Below are positions 44,033 to 53,679 of a stretch of DNA of 64,000 nt, in pieces. Under the pieces are notes generated by a model, which had not been told where the DNA came from, did no database searches, and saw only the letters and a program-made list of their open reading frames with translations. Positions within the stretch are counted from its first letter, which is position 1. Every line of letters begins with the position of its first letter. Origin of the DNA: a virus; the IMG/VR virus record IMGVR_UViG_3300042197_001007. One strand, 5' to 3'. The position numbers were made by a program, and so were the translations under genes.

Positions 44033-46881
44033 GGGCAATCAACGTAACGTCCAGTTCCAATCTTCGTAGAACCAATGGTGGATAGTGCTTCTGTATCTAG
44101 GCAAGCAAGAGATGGAAGAAGTTTTGCTCCATATCCACCGCCACCAACAACAACGATTTCTGGGAATTTATCAAAAGTTCTTGTTCTGTCTAAAACTCTT
44201 GCTCCGATCACAAATCCATTGTCATCAAGCAATGCTTCGGCAACACCAAGTTCACCATTCACATACAAATCTGGAGTTTTTGTATATCCAATGCCTGGTC
44301 TAATCACAGTAAAAGCATCAATAATACAACGGACACCATTATCTGTTGCTAAGTTTTTACGATAACCGTAACCACTTGACTTCACACGAATTTCTGTAAT
44401 AAATCCATTTTGATCTAAAAGTGCGGTAGCAGTGGCTCCAAATCCTTCCCCACCAATGAACACATAAGGAGGTTCTGCCCAGGGAGAACCAGAATTATCA
44501 ATTGGTATCTCAATAATTCCACCATTATCATCAGTAATAATTTTGTTTGTATCTACTGTTGGTTCTACAAATCCTGTAAAGACAGTTTCTGGACTGTCGC
44601 CAACTGATGTATCAAAATCTTCAAGGTTTGCTCCATTTCCATCATTTGGAAGAATTAATACACTCACAGCAGCGCCAGTGCCATTGATTGTGAATGTTAA
44701 TGTCTCTTCATCCTCTGGTGTGTTGTCTTCTTCTATTCCAACTGTTACATAGGCAATGTTGTTATTGATAACAAAACTTCCCGTAAGATTTCCTCCAATA
44801 ATATCTTCTGATGTTATACCATCGCCAGATAATGTATAATAAGCAATTGTGCCACTCTGTACATTTGTTGTGGTAATTGTATAAATGACGAACTCTCCTT
44901 CTTTAACTGTGCTTCTATCTGAAGTGACCTTATAAGTAGGACTTAATTCGCTGTTTGATTGTGAAGGATCTTTGGTTCCAGGACCATCAGTTAGAATATC
45001 AACTTCATCGGGAGGAAATACATCAGGAAGTGATCCTGTTGGGTTTACATCTTTTGGTACATATGGATTTCCTGGTTCTAAAATATTTCTTTCAACAATA
45101 CGACATCTGCCAATGTTCTTAGCAAAGTTAGTTTTTATTCCTCCAGTTGGAGTTGGTGTATTCAATGAAAGGGAAATAAAGAAATCTTCATCACTTTCTG
45201 ATTGAACATTATAAAATGTTTTGATTGTGATTTGTTTTGTTGTTTCATTTGGAGCAAATCCTAAAATTCCCTGATCAGAATAATAATCTGTTCCTGGTGT
45301 AGCTGTTCCTTTCGTTAAAGTTTTGTATGTAACAGAAGAAGATCCAACAGTGTATCCAGATCTCGTCACCGTAAATGTGGCATCCCCTCCCTCTTCAACT
45401 TCAATATCATCAATTGTATAATTGATTTTTGGTGCTTGAGTTGTAGATCCACTACCTCCTGGCAATGGAACACCGCCAGTAAAACCAATTGTAGTAATTG
45501 CTAATGGACCACCAGCATATGCTTCAGCACATGTGTATTGTGTATAGTCAGCACCAGTTGCTGGAAATAGATTATCAATACTGGACAATAATCCATCTAA
45601 AAAGTCTTCGTCATTCTCTCCTTCTTTCTTACTTCCGTCAACACAGACACGCTTGTATTTCGCACAAGTTTGATCTGGACCAGAACAAGAGATACCAAGC
45701 AAGTTTAATACAAAGCTGATTGCTCCGCCAATAATATCTAATGGTCCAGCAATTGTTTGTAAGATTGCTTGTAGCGGACCCAAAACAGCATCTAACAATT
45801 CATTCATTAACGAATTTATCTTAGAAAGAATGCCGTTGACAAGTGTATCAATCTGACAAACAGCAGCACGATAAATCTGATTGACAAGATCCATCAATAC
45901 ATTTGTTAACCACTCCGCCAAACGATCTCCAAGATCTGCCATTCTACATCCAAGATCTTTCAGAAGATTGTTAAACCATTGCGTTACTGGTGTTAGAACA
46001 TTACCTTCTTCTGATGGATAAATTAATGCCTTGATTAAATCGTTGACTGCTGCTTTCAATTTATCAATAATAAATCCTTTAACTTTAGCAATGAAATGGT
46101 TGATTACTCTCAAAAATTTGTTAATATATCTTCTTACAATATTAACACTGCTATAAACTACTCCCGTTGATTTGTTAATAAGATATGATCCGATGTTTCC
46201 ACCGTTGTTCTTCAATTCATTGAATAACTCAGAAAGAATACTTGTTGCTTTTGTTTTGATGTCTTCTTTAGAACACTTTTCTGCGACTGTTTGGCACCAG
46301 TTTTCTCTATTTGGTCCTTCGTTTGTTCTTGGAGATACTGGAACTCTTGGTTTACCATCTTTTCCTATTGTACCGTCTGGTAATCCACCAGTGCTTTTAT
46401 TTGTCTCTGATGATTGACCGCCTTGTGGATTTTCTGGTGCTGGTAGCCCATCTGTTGCTGGATTTACCGTTGGTGGAATAGCAGTTATAAATGGCAGATC
46501 ATCTGGTCTGGCATTTTTAACGATCGTTGTAGCACCAGGAGTTTGACCAATTGAACCCATGATGATAGGTTTTTGTCTTTCTGGATCTAAGTAAAATCCA
46601 ACAACCCAACATCCTGGTTTTAGTTGTGAGTTTGCTCCACCTTCATTTCCTGGCATGAATGGAACGTTCACAGGCATCATGACATTACACCATGGCAAAT
46701 CCTTAGTCGGCAATAACTCAAAGCTCTGTGGATGCTCGCCAACAATTCTTACCTTGTAGCGAGTTCCTCCCTTGTTATTTGGTTCATCAGCGGCAGTTCC
46801 TTCTACTTGACCTACCCACCAATTAAAACCATCGCTTCCAATTCTGTTAATTGGATATATTTGAGCTAATGCCTGATCCAT
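44029..46881 (-). CDS. gp5: baseplate hub protein gp5-like (OB fold) with Calx-beta domain
   Basis: WWVGQVE...RYKVRIVG.H...LPW..VMMP...G.WVVGFYLD...QKPIIMGSIG; Calx-beta-like TFTVTRSG...TATPGTDY. Confidence 0.85.
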   Translation of the reverse strand: MDQALAQIYPINRIGSDGFNWWVGQVEGTAADEPNNKGGTRYKVRIVGEHPQSFELLPTKDLPWCNVMMPVNVPFMPGNEGGANSQLKPGCWVVGFYLDPERQKPIIMGSIGQTPGATTIVKNARPDDLPFITAIPPTVNPATDGLPAPENPQGGQSSETNKSTGGLPDGTIGKDGKPRVPVSPRTNEGPNRENWCQTVAEKCSKEDIKTKATSILSELFNELKNNGGNIGSYLINKSTGVVYSSVNIVRRYINKFLRVINHFIAKVKGFIIDKLKAAVNDLIKALIYPSEEGNVLTPVTQWFNNLLKDLGCRMADLGDRLAEWLTNVLMDLVNQIYRAAVCQIDTLVNGILSKINSLMNELLDAVLGPLQAILQTIAGPLDIIGGAISFVLNLLGISCSGPDQTCAKYKRVCVDGSKKEGENDEDFLDGLLSSIDNLFPATGADYTQYTCAEAYAGGPLAITTIGFTGGVPLPGGSGSTTQAPKINYTIDDIEVEEGGDATFTVTRSGYTVGSSSVTYKTLTKGTATPGTDYYSDQGILGFAPNETTKQITIKTFYNVQSESDEDFFISLSLNTPTPTGGIKTNFAKNIGRCRIVERNILEPGNPYVPKDVNPTGSLPDVFPPDEVDILTDGPGTKDPSQSNSELSPTYKVTSDRSTVKEGEFVIYTITTTNVQSGTIAYYTLSGDGITSEDIIGGNLTGSFVINNNIAYVTVGIEEDNTPEDEETLTFTINGTGAAVSVLILPNDGNGANLEDFDTSVGDSPETVFTGFVEPTVDTNKIITDDNGGIIEIPIDNSGSPWAEPPYVFIGGEGFGATATALLDQNGFITEIRVKSSGYGYRKNLATDNGVRCIIDAFTVIRPGIGYTKTPDLYVNGELGVAEALLDDNGFVIGARVLDRTRTFDKFPEIVVVGGGGYGAKLLPSLACLDTEALSTIGSTKIGTGRYVDCP

Positions 46882-46886
46882 ATCAC

Positions 46887-47099
46887 TCAGCTATCATAAA
46901 TTTTACATTCTGGAGCATCTGGATGAGCATCACAAAATAGATCCAATGCGGTTGGATCTTCATGTTTGTCTGGATGATTTTGTTTGTAAGCTTCCAATGC
47001 TGCTAACTCTTCTTCAATGTGCCTACGTGATTGTGACGACGTTTGTGGATCATCAAGAATTAATTTGTCTCTCTCTATATGTTGATCAATACTATCCAT
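46887..47099 (-). CDS. cp12: CP12 Calvin-cycle inhibitor (phage type, 70 aa)
   Basis: C-terminal PTALDLFCDAHPDAPECKIYD motif; start MDSIDQH. Confidence 0.9.
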   Translation of the reverse strand: MDSIDQHIERDKLILDDPQTSSQSRRHIEEELAALEAYKQNHPDKHEDPTALDLFCDAHPDAPECKIYDS

Positions 47100-47119
47100 A
47101 TTGGTTACCTGCCAATACA

Positions 47120-48538
47120 TTATTTAGTGCCATGCTGTGATACTCGGTTCTTAATTCCATGAGTATCTCTAGCAAGACGAAGGGTTGTGGTAAATCTACC
47201 GTTTGATCCAACCAATGTATTGTATTCGTGAGTTACTTCCATGACAAGATACACACCACTGTTCTCTGGATCAAAAGGATCTTTCTTGGCAGTCTCTGAT
47301 GGTAACTTGTTAATAATTCTGATATCTACCTTATCTCCCGCACAAATCTTTGAGTTGCCAGGAATAACCGCCGTTGCTGTCTGATTTGATAAAGTATCAT
47401 ATCTTACGATTGACTGAGCAGCAAATTCTAAATGTCTATCAGCATATGGAGAAGGACTGGTGCTTCCATCTTTATCATATGGAGATGCTGGAGTTTGATC
47501 GTTATACCAAGTTTCATGATCTAACAAGAATGACATTATTCCAGTTGGATAATCTGCCAGAGTTTTATTGTTGCCAACTTTGATTAAAGATGGTTCTTCT
47601 TGACTTCCAAGATGCTTCATATCTTCAAATGCGTCTTTCATACTATAAACATACTCATCATACTGACCAGTTGAATGATTGAAGAAACACATTTTCGTTG
47701 AATATCTTCCCATTCTGAGACCAGTAATCAAATCAATTTCAGATCCGTAAGTTATGCTTGAAATTGTAAATCTGTCATCTGCTCCATCTGATTGATTGAC
47801 AATCTTTTCAACATATGGACCCCATGGTTTTCCATCATAAGCAGGAGTTGATGTTTCTGAACATAGTGTATCAACTGAAAAGAAATTAAAACCTCTTCTA
47901 TTTTCCCAGAAGAAATATCCAGCACTTCCAGAAACTTTTTGTTCTTGTTCTTGAGTTGGTGTGTTTGAAGTATTTGATGAAGTTTTTGGTTTTGGATTTA
48001 TAGCTGGAACACTCTTTGCCATTAACATTGATGCCACATCAAAAACTCTTCTTCTCGCAGCAATCAATCTTGTGGAAAAAAGACATGGTTCCGAATAAAA
48101 TGTCTTTTGTGTTTTCAATATTTCTTTCAGCATCTTTGCGATGATCTCATCTGGTTTTCCTTCCAGCGGTTGAACAATTCTGGCAAATTCATCATTCAAT
48201 GCTTCTTCCGAAACCAATCCTAATGTATATGCTTGATCTTGGTTCTTGACATATCTATTAGCAATTTTCCAGACACGCATTGTATATTCAAGTCCATCGG
48301 GATCAGCATTTGTTTTTACCTTAGCTCTTACAATTTCTCCACCCTGAATTGGCAACTTATTCAATAGACCGCCGCTATCAACGACGATCATTGATCCCAT
48401 CACACAAGGATAATCCACGCTTTCAATATAAGAGAATACTTGAACAAGTTGCTTGATTTGATATCCCTTGGATCCATCACCTGGGGAAATTATGACACTT
48501 GAAAGTTGGAAGTCAGTTGTTGATTGAAATTCTGCCAT
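47120..48538 (-). CDS. baseplate hub-like structural protein (possibly gp27-like)
   Basis: Position between the tape-measure-like gene and gp5; G.YFFWE..RGF.F.S.D.L and PG...AGD.V.I...G.YLV..V.H patterns. Confidence 0.5.
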   Translation of the reverse strand: MAEFQSTTDFQLSSVIISPGDGSKGYQIKQLVQVFSYIESVDYPCVMGSMIVVDSGGLLNKLPIQGGEIVRAKVKTNADPDGLEYTMRVWKIANRYVKNQDQAYTLGLVSEEALNDEFARIVQPLEGKPDEIIAKMLKEILKTQKTFYSEPCLFSTRLIAARRRVFDVASMLMAKSVPAINPKPKTSSNTSNTPTQEQEQKVSGSAGYFFWENRRGFNFFSVDTLCSETSTPAYDGKPWGPYVEKIVNQSDGADDRFTISSITYGSEIDLITGLRMGRYSTKMCFFNHSTGQYDEYVYSMKDAFEDMKHLGSQEEPSLIKVGNNKTLADYPTGIMSFLLDHETWYNDQTPASPYDKDGSTSPSPYADRHLEFAAQSIVRYDTLSNQTATAVIPGNSKICAGDKVDIRIINKLPSETAKKDPFDPENSGVYLVMEVTHEYNTLVGSNGRFTTTLRLARDTHGIKNRVSQHGTK

Positions 48539-48540
48539 GT

Positions 48541-51501
48541 TTATCTCCTGGCAGCCTTCCAATTAAACAAAGTATTAGAAGCAGTTGCTCCAGGAGACAG
48601 AGAATTGCTCATTGGAGATGCTTGTTGACCACCAGGACCACCATAAATGTTATTAATGATGTTGCCAGTTGGGGTATTCATTCCCATTGCCATCATTGAT
48701 ACTTGACCAGATGCTTGTGCTAAACTTGCTCCAGTATTTTGATTTGCTGGTGCCGCTTTTAATTTAGCAGCATTTTCTCTCATAATAGCAGATTTATCTT
48801 TAGGTGGCGCAGATGCTGTTGGAGTTGGAGTTCCAACTGGTTTTCTTCCTTTTGCTGCCAAACCACCAGGCATTCTATAAATCTTGCCCTTTCCACCATA
48901 ATAAGAATTATAAGCAGCAATAGTATCAACCCAACTAAACTGTGCTCCACTTGAAGAATTGGAAATCACTTTTCCATCTGGTGTTATAACTCCAATATGT
49001 TTCTGACCAGGAGCAACATAAAGATCTCCAGCTTGTGGAGAAGATACTTGAGAATATCCAGCCTTTATCATCATTTCTTCTGCTGTAGGAACATATTCAG
49101 ATGTTCCCCATGGAGTAGGAATACCAGCTTTAGCAAATACTTTATTTACCGCCCACACACAAGCATTCCTGCCTCCACTGGGACCAGATCTGCTAGACAT
49201 TCCTTTCATAGAAGCAGCTGCTTGTGCTAAAGCAGCAGCACCACCAGATCCTCCCGATACTGGAAATTCTGGAGCGGCAGAAACTGCGTTTAAGGAAGCA
49301 GCTTTAGTTCCTTGTGCTGCTCCAAAGAAATAATTTCCGCCCTGAGATCTTCTTCTTGATCCCGCTGTTTGATATCCCCTGAATGACATTGCTCCACCAA
49401 CAAATTGAGCAGACGATTTTGACATTGCTCCGCTTGTTTCAAAATCAGCAAGAACTTTAGATGCTTCTGATCCACTACCAGCACCAAATAATTTTTGAAG
49501 TTCTGCTAATCCATTTGGTTTTCCAGCAATTTCTAAAAGTTTTGCTTTTCTTTCAGCAGCATTTTTTCCTAATTTTTCTCGGATTTTTCCATATTTGGCA
49601 TCTGCGGCGTCATCTCCTGTTTTTCTGTCGTAGATGGCAGCAGCAAATGGACTAAATTGACCTTGTGCTGTGATTTGATCAAATAAAGTAGTTCCATATG
49701 CCTTCATGGAACCACCAGATTTTGCGTTAGCAGTTCTATTCAACATTACTTGGAAAGTGTCAGCAGCAGTTTGACCACCTCCACCTTCTAAAGTAGATAA
49801 AAATGCTGCGGCATTTCTCTCAGCAGTACTGCCTCCAATGCCACCATCCAAATAATCTGCTGGGTTACCATTAGGAGCAGCTTGAGCAGATCCTCCCATC
49901 AAAGAAGTTAAAGTTCCTCCAAAAAGAGCACCAAGAACACCAGTGACTTTACTAAAAACCTTAATCAAACTTTTTCCTAACTGATCTCCACCACCTTCAT
50001 TTTCATAATACTGTTTTAGTCCTTGGGATTGAATTCTAGCAAAATCTCTACTATTTGCTTTTTGAGCATCAATCATTCCTTCACCAAACAATTTAAACAT
50101 TTGTTTGGATTTTGCTTTATCTCCACCAACTAAACCACCTTCAGCGTATCCTTTGCCTCCAGTTGGTTTGTTGGCTCCACCTCCCATTGCGTTCATTGCC
50201 AATAATGTTCCTCTACCCCAGGCATTACCAGCAGAGTTGCTCATCACAACTTCTCCTTCATCGGCACGAATGGGAACATCATCAACAACACTCTTCTTAC
50301 CACCAGTAACAAGACCACCTCTAGCCATTCCAGAAGCAGCATCCTTTGCCATCAGAGCAGCATCAATACCAAGAGACGCTGCTGTTCCAAAACCAGGAAC
50401 CGTGCTTGCTGCCCCTGATGCCAATTCCATTCCGGCACCCGCCCAGTCGCCTCTCATTGCTCTACCAGCAGCAAATAGTCCACCAAGACCCAATCCAAGC
50501 AATGGAATTTTTTTACCAGCAATACCGAGTGCCTTTAGACCCAATTTGCCAGCAACCTTAGATCCCATCTTGGCACCTTGTTTTCCAGCAACCTTTGCTC
50601 CATAGCGAGTTGCCATTCTACCAATACCACGTTTTGCTATAGCATTCGCTGCTACCTTACCACCAAGTCCAAGACCAGGACCACCACCAGCACCTCCGCC
50701 CATTCCTCCTTGAGCAGCATTTCCTCCCAATTGAATACCACCAGATGGAGTAATAAATCCAGAATTATCTGCTGCCCCCTCTAATGCCTTTTCTTCTTCT
50801 CTAGCTAATGCTCTATTTGCTAAAGTATCTGCTTTTGCTGCTTCCTTATCAGAAATTTGTTTCTGTGCTGCTGTTTGTGCTTTTACAGCATCAACAAGAG
50901 ATGTTACTACTTTAGTAAGATTTTCTACCGATCCTACAACTGCTTCATCACCTTTAGTTATCAAAGAAGCACTTGAAATGCCAGAAGCTCCAGCAGATGC
51001 TACACTCGCAGTAGCATTCATCTGTGATTTTGATTTTTTCAGATAATCTTTTCTTTCTTCCGAACTTAAATATCTGCCAGTTTCTGGATCTACACCAGTT
51101 TGTGCTGCTTTGAAAAATACTTCACTATCTAATTTTTTGGGAGCAGCAGAAATACCAGGAATATTTGTAAATGTTCCACCTTTTGATGGAGCAGCAGGAG
51201 GTAACGCAGGTCTTCCTTGAGCAACAATATTACTTGAACCAGCACCAATCATTTTGGCAACTGGAGAACCTTTAAGCATAGTTGCTGCTTTTGGTTCTTG
51301 TTTTTGCCCTACTTCAGTAACTCTTACTGCTTTTACTGATGGATCATAGATATCTGGTTTTGGAGTTGTTGCTAATGCGCCACCTTTTTCTTTTTCTTCT
51401 TTCTCTTCTTTCTCTTTGTTTAATTTTTTCCACAACCATTCAACGTTTTTCCAGAAGTTATCTCCTGATACTGGTGTAGGTGTAAGAAAACCGTGTGCCA
51501 T
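48541..51501 (-). CDS. tape-measure-like / baseplate hub protein with SleB-like hydrolase and Cys/His peptidase domains
   Basis: Ala/Gly-rich helical body; VMLNR...QI.A.GQFSP; NACVWAVNKV...GDL...HIGV...VISNSSS. Confidence 0.65.
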   Translation of the reverse strand: MAHGFLTPTPVSGDNFWKNVEWLWKKLNKEKEEKEEKEKGGALATTPKPDIYDPSVKAVRVTEVGQKQEPKAATMLKGSPVAKMIGAGSSNIVAQGRPALPPAAPSKGGTFTNIPGISAAPKKLDSEVFFKAAQTGVDPETGRYLSSEERKDYLKKSKSQMNATASVASAGASGISSASLITKGDEAVVGSVENLTKVVTSLVDAVKAQTAAQKQISDKEAAKADTLANRALAREEEKALEGAADNSGFITPSGGIQLGGNAAQGGMGGGAGGGPGLGLGGKVAANAIAKRGIGRMATRYGAKVAGKQGAKMGSKVAGKLGLKALGIAGKKIPLLGLGLGGLFAAGRAMRGDWAGAGMELASGAASTVPGFGTAASLGIDAALMAKDAASGMARGGLVTGGKKSVVDDVPIRADEGEVVMSNSAGNAWGRGTLLAMNAMGGGANKPTGGKGYAEGGLVGGDKAKSKQMFKLFGEGMIDAQKANSRDFARIQSQGLKQYYENEGGGDQLGKSLIKVFSKVTGVLGALFGGTLTSLMGGSAQAAPNGNPADYLDGGIGGSTAERNAAAFLSTLEGGGGQTAADTFQVMLNRTANAKSGGSMKAYGTTLFDQITAQGQFSPFAAAIYDRKTGDDAADAKYGKIREKLGKNAAERKAKLLEIAGKPNGLAELQKLFGAGSGSEASKVLADFETSGAMSKSSAQFVGGAMSFRGYQTAGSRRRSQGGNYFFGAAQGTKAASLNAVSAAPEFPVSGGSGGAAALAQAAASMKGMSSRSGPSGGRNACVWAVNKVFAKAGIPTPWGTSEYVPTAEEMMIKAGYSQVSSPQAGDLYVAPGQKHIGVITPDGKVISNSSSGAQFSWVDTIAAYNSYYGGKGKIYRMPGGLAAKGRKPVGTPTPTASAPPKDKSAIMRENAAKLKAAPANQNTGASLAQASGQVSMMAMGMNTPTGNIINNIYGGPGGQQASPMSNSLSPGATASNTLFNWKAARR

Positions 51502-51698
51502 TAGCGTTGTGCTGCTCGTTCTTGTTCTTGTTTAACTTGATCCAGATACTGCATCAGGAGAGTAGTATAAACCTGCCTCTCCCAAGGCATCATATTTTCA
51601 ATGTCAGTCAAGCTATATTTATGGTGCTGCATCAAGGCAAAGTTAGTTTTATAGTACCCTTCCAAACTATTATGGAAGAGTGCTATCCGAAAAAATTT
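51501..51698 (-). CDS. gp51: gp51-like baseplate hub assembly catalyst, probably made by -1 frameshift from gp26
   Basis: YKTNFALMQHHKYSLTDIENMMPWERQVY motif; frame open back to the slippery site at 51692-51698; no good RBS before ATG 51632. Confidence 0.75.
   Translation of the reverse strand, partial: KFFRIALFHNSLEGYYKTNFALMQHHKYSLTDIENMMPWERQVYTTLLMQYLDQVKQEQERAAQR
51651..51698 (-). other. putative -1 programmed ribosomal frameshift signal
   Basis: A-AAT-TTT heptamer, 5-nt spacer, then a 14-bp stem with one mismatch. Confidence 0.75.
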
Positions 51699-52399
51699 GT
51701 TAATCCTACAATTGTGTATTCTGATGTTACACCTGTTTTTGGATTTTTCAGTGAGAATGTATGCTCAAGTCTTGGTGTTTCATCAAAAAATTGTTTAACC
51801 TGTTCAAATTCTTTGTTTGTCAGACCTTCAATCCATTCAATAAATTCTTTCTTGCTGGTAGTTGAGCTATCATAGACTTCTTCGTTATCAAATATCTGAT
51901 CAACACAGGATGCCATTGCTTCAATCACACTGTCTGCTGTTGGTGAAGCACCAAGAATTGAATTTCTGACAAAATCATCAAATGCTGGATATTTCATAAT
52001 CATACCAGTTGTGTCAGAAAGCATAATTTTATTACTATGACCTTCTGGTTTTGTGACAGTAACTTTTGTGAGATCTAAGACATATTTTACAACAGTCTCT
52101 TCATCATCTCTACAAGTGATATTCATCTCAACTGTCTCTCCAACGGAAACAGCACGAATTTGGAGAAAAATGTATTCTAAGTCAAAAGATGGCAATTCTT
52201 CAATTTTGATGCCTTTTGTAAGAATACAATTTTTAAGTAATGTCTTAAGTGCGTCTTCTACCGCTTTTTCATCATTTGTTTCCAGTGCCAACAAAAGTAG
52301 TTTTTCTTCTTTTACTACAAATGGGCGATATTTGATTTTTTTACCAGATGATGGAATTTCTAGCTCGTAAGTTGGAAGAGCGTGTTGTGGTAATGCCAT
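51683..52399 (-). CDS. gp26: baseplate hub assembly chaperone gp26
   Basis: LP.YELEIPSSGKKIKYRPFVVKEEKLLL...LPSFDLEYIFLQIRAVSVGE. Confidence 0.9.
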   Translation of the reverse strand: MALPQHALPTYELEIPSSGKKIKYRPFVVKEEKLLLLALETNDEKAVEDALKTLLKNCILTKGIKIEELPSFDLEYIFLQIRAVSVGETVEMNITCRDDEETVVKYVLDLTKVTVTKPEGHSNKIMLSDTTGMIMKYPAFDDFVRNSILGASPTADSVIEAMASCVDQIFDNEEVYDSSTTSKKEFIEWIEGLTNKEFEQVKQFFDETPRLEHTFSLKNPKTGVTSEYTIVGLTNFFG

Positions 52400-52423
52400 T
52401 ATACCTAAATCAGATCATATGTA

Positions 52424-52430
52424 TATTTAG
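52424..52430 (-). promoter_or_regulatory. late promoter
   Basis: CTAAATA about 25 nt upstream of gp26. Confidence 0.6.
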
Positions 52431-52491
52431 TGCGTCTTTTTTGACGATTTTTTGGCGGAAAAAATTTTTCGGGTTTTGAGGAATTCAGATA

Positions 52492-53214
52492 TCAATTTCG
52501 GTTTCCAGGAACCACTCGTTGCTCTACGTCTTTCTTCTGAGATGGACTATACATTCCGTTGAGTGTTCCTGCTACAGATGTAATGTTATTTGGAATTGTA
52601 TAATGTCTCGCATATGAGAATTGTGCTGAGACTTTTGCTATCTGCGAATTGCCATATGATAATGGAACAGCATCAACAGCATAAGGGTATGCTTCTTCTA
52701 AAACATATGTGAGAGGAACTCTTTGATTTGGAGCATATGGACCTTGCTCCGTTTTGCTAATCAAAATAGTTCTGGCATATTCATTTTTATATCTCAATCT
52801 AATTGATCTATTTTTTGCTCGTGGATTTGTGGATGCTAAAGATTGAATTTGCGCGAGAGATCTATTAGTCAATTGATCACTAAATTCTTTACTTTGACCA
52901 CTAAAAATAAAATCCATCCACTTGTTCAAAAATTTCAAAGCAGATAAATTAGCATCTAACATAAATCCAAATTGGATCTCAGTGTATACTCTGGTATGAG
53001 GGTACTGAACTGATCCACTGCCAAGATACAAACCATTGATAGACCCCTGAGCAGTGTTTGTATTTGGTAGTTGAGCTTCATCACAAAACAAAGAAACAAT
53101 CTCATTAATCCCCTTATACTCTACCGGTGGATTAATGATTTTTACTTCAAAATTATTGCTAAATGACATTCCGCCATACTTAGCTACCGTGTTGATGAAG
53201 CTATTAATAGACAC
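52492..53214 (-). CDS. tail tube initiator gp54/gp19-like protein
   Basis: N.FEV...CDEAQLP...YP..AVPLSY...V.FSY pattern of the tube-fold family. Confidence 0.6.
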   Translation of the reverse strand: MSINSFINTVAKYGGMSFSNNFEVKIINPPVEYKGINEIVSLFCDEAQLPNTNTAQGSINGLYLGSGSVQYPHTRVYTEIQFGFMLDANLSALKFLNKWMDFIFSGQSKEFSDQLTNRSLAQIQSLASTNPRAKNRSIRLRYKNEYARTILISKTEQGPYAPNQRVPLTYVLEEAYPYAVDAVPLSYGNSQIAKVSAQFSYARHYTIPNNITSVAGTLNGMYSPSQKKDVEQRVVPGNRN

Positions 53215-53215
53215 A

Positions 53216-53247
53216 CTAAATACCTATGTTGGTCCAACTATATTTAT
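53216..53247. promoter_or_regulatory. overlapping divergent late promoters
   Basis: CTAAATA on + (53216-53222) for gp4; ATAAATA on - (53241-53247) for the gp54-like gene. Confidence 0.6.
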
Positions 53248-53677
53248 GGCGTACTCTGGATTATACAAACCCGTAAATCCCAGCAAGTATCGCGGAAACC
53301 CAACTCGTGTTATCTATAGATCTCTATGGGAACGAAAGTTCATGGTTTTCTGTGATAACAATCCCAGCATCATTGAATGGGGTAGCGAAGAGGTAATCAT
53401 TCCATATCGTGCCCCAGATGGAAAAGTGAGAAGATACTATCCAGATTTCTACATTAAGGTCCGTGAAAAGGATGGCAAGATCTCCAAGTATATCATAGAA
53501 ATTAAACCTAAAAGACAGACACAACCACCGAATGAAAAAAATAGACGAACCAGTGCCTATCGTGAAGCAGTTTTAACATACGCAAAGAACCAAGCTAAAT
53601 GGTCTGCTGCTCGTGAGTATTGTGAAGATAGGCAAATGAACTTCTTGATACTCACCGAAGACCATTTAGGAGTATAA
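53246..53677 (+). CDS. gp4: head completion nuclease gp4 (start revised to MAYSG)
   Basis: MAYSG.YKP.NP.KYRG.P...YRSLWE...W.SEE..IPY...RYYPDF...IEIKP. Confidence 0.9.
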   Translation: MAYSGLYKPVNPSKYRGNPTRVIYRSLWERKFMVFCDNNPSIIEWGSEEVIIPYRAPDGKVRRYYPDFYIKVREKDGKISKYIIEIKPKRQTQPPNEKNRRTSAYREAVLTYAKNQAKWSAAREYCEDRQMNFLILTEDHLGV

Positions 53678-53679
53678 CG

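Noticed and set aside
52453-52471. TTGGCGGAAAAAATTTTT resembling the sequence at 56155
   Set aside because: Only two short AT-rich copies; here the 3' arm of the hairpin is missing, so no function can be supported.
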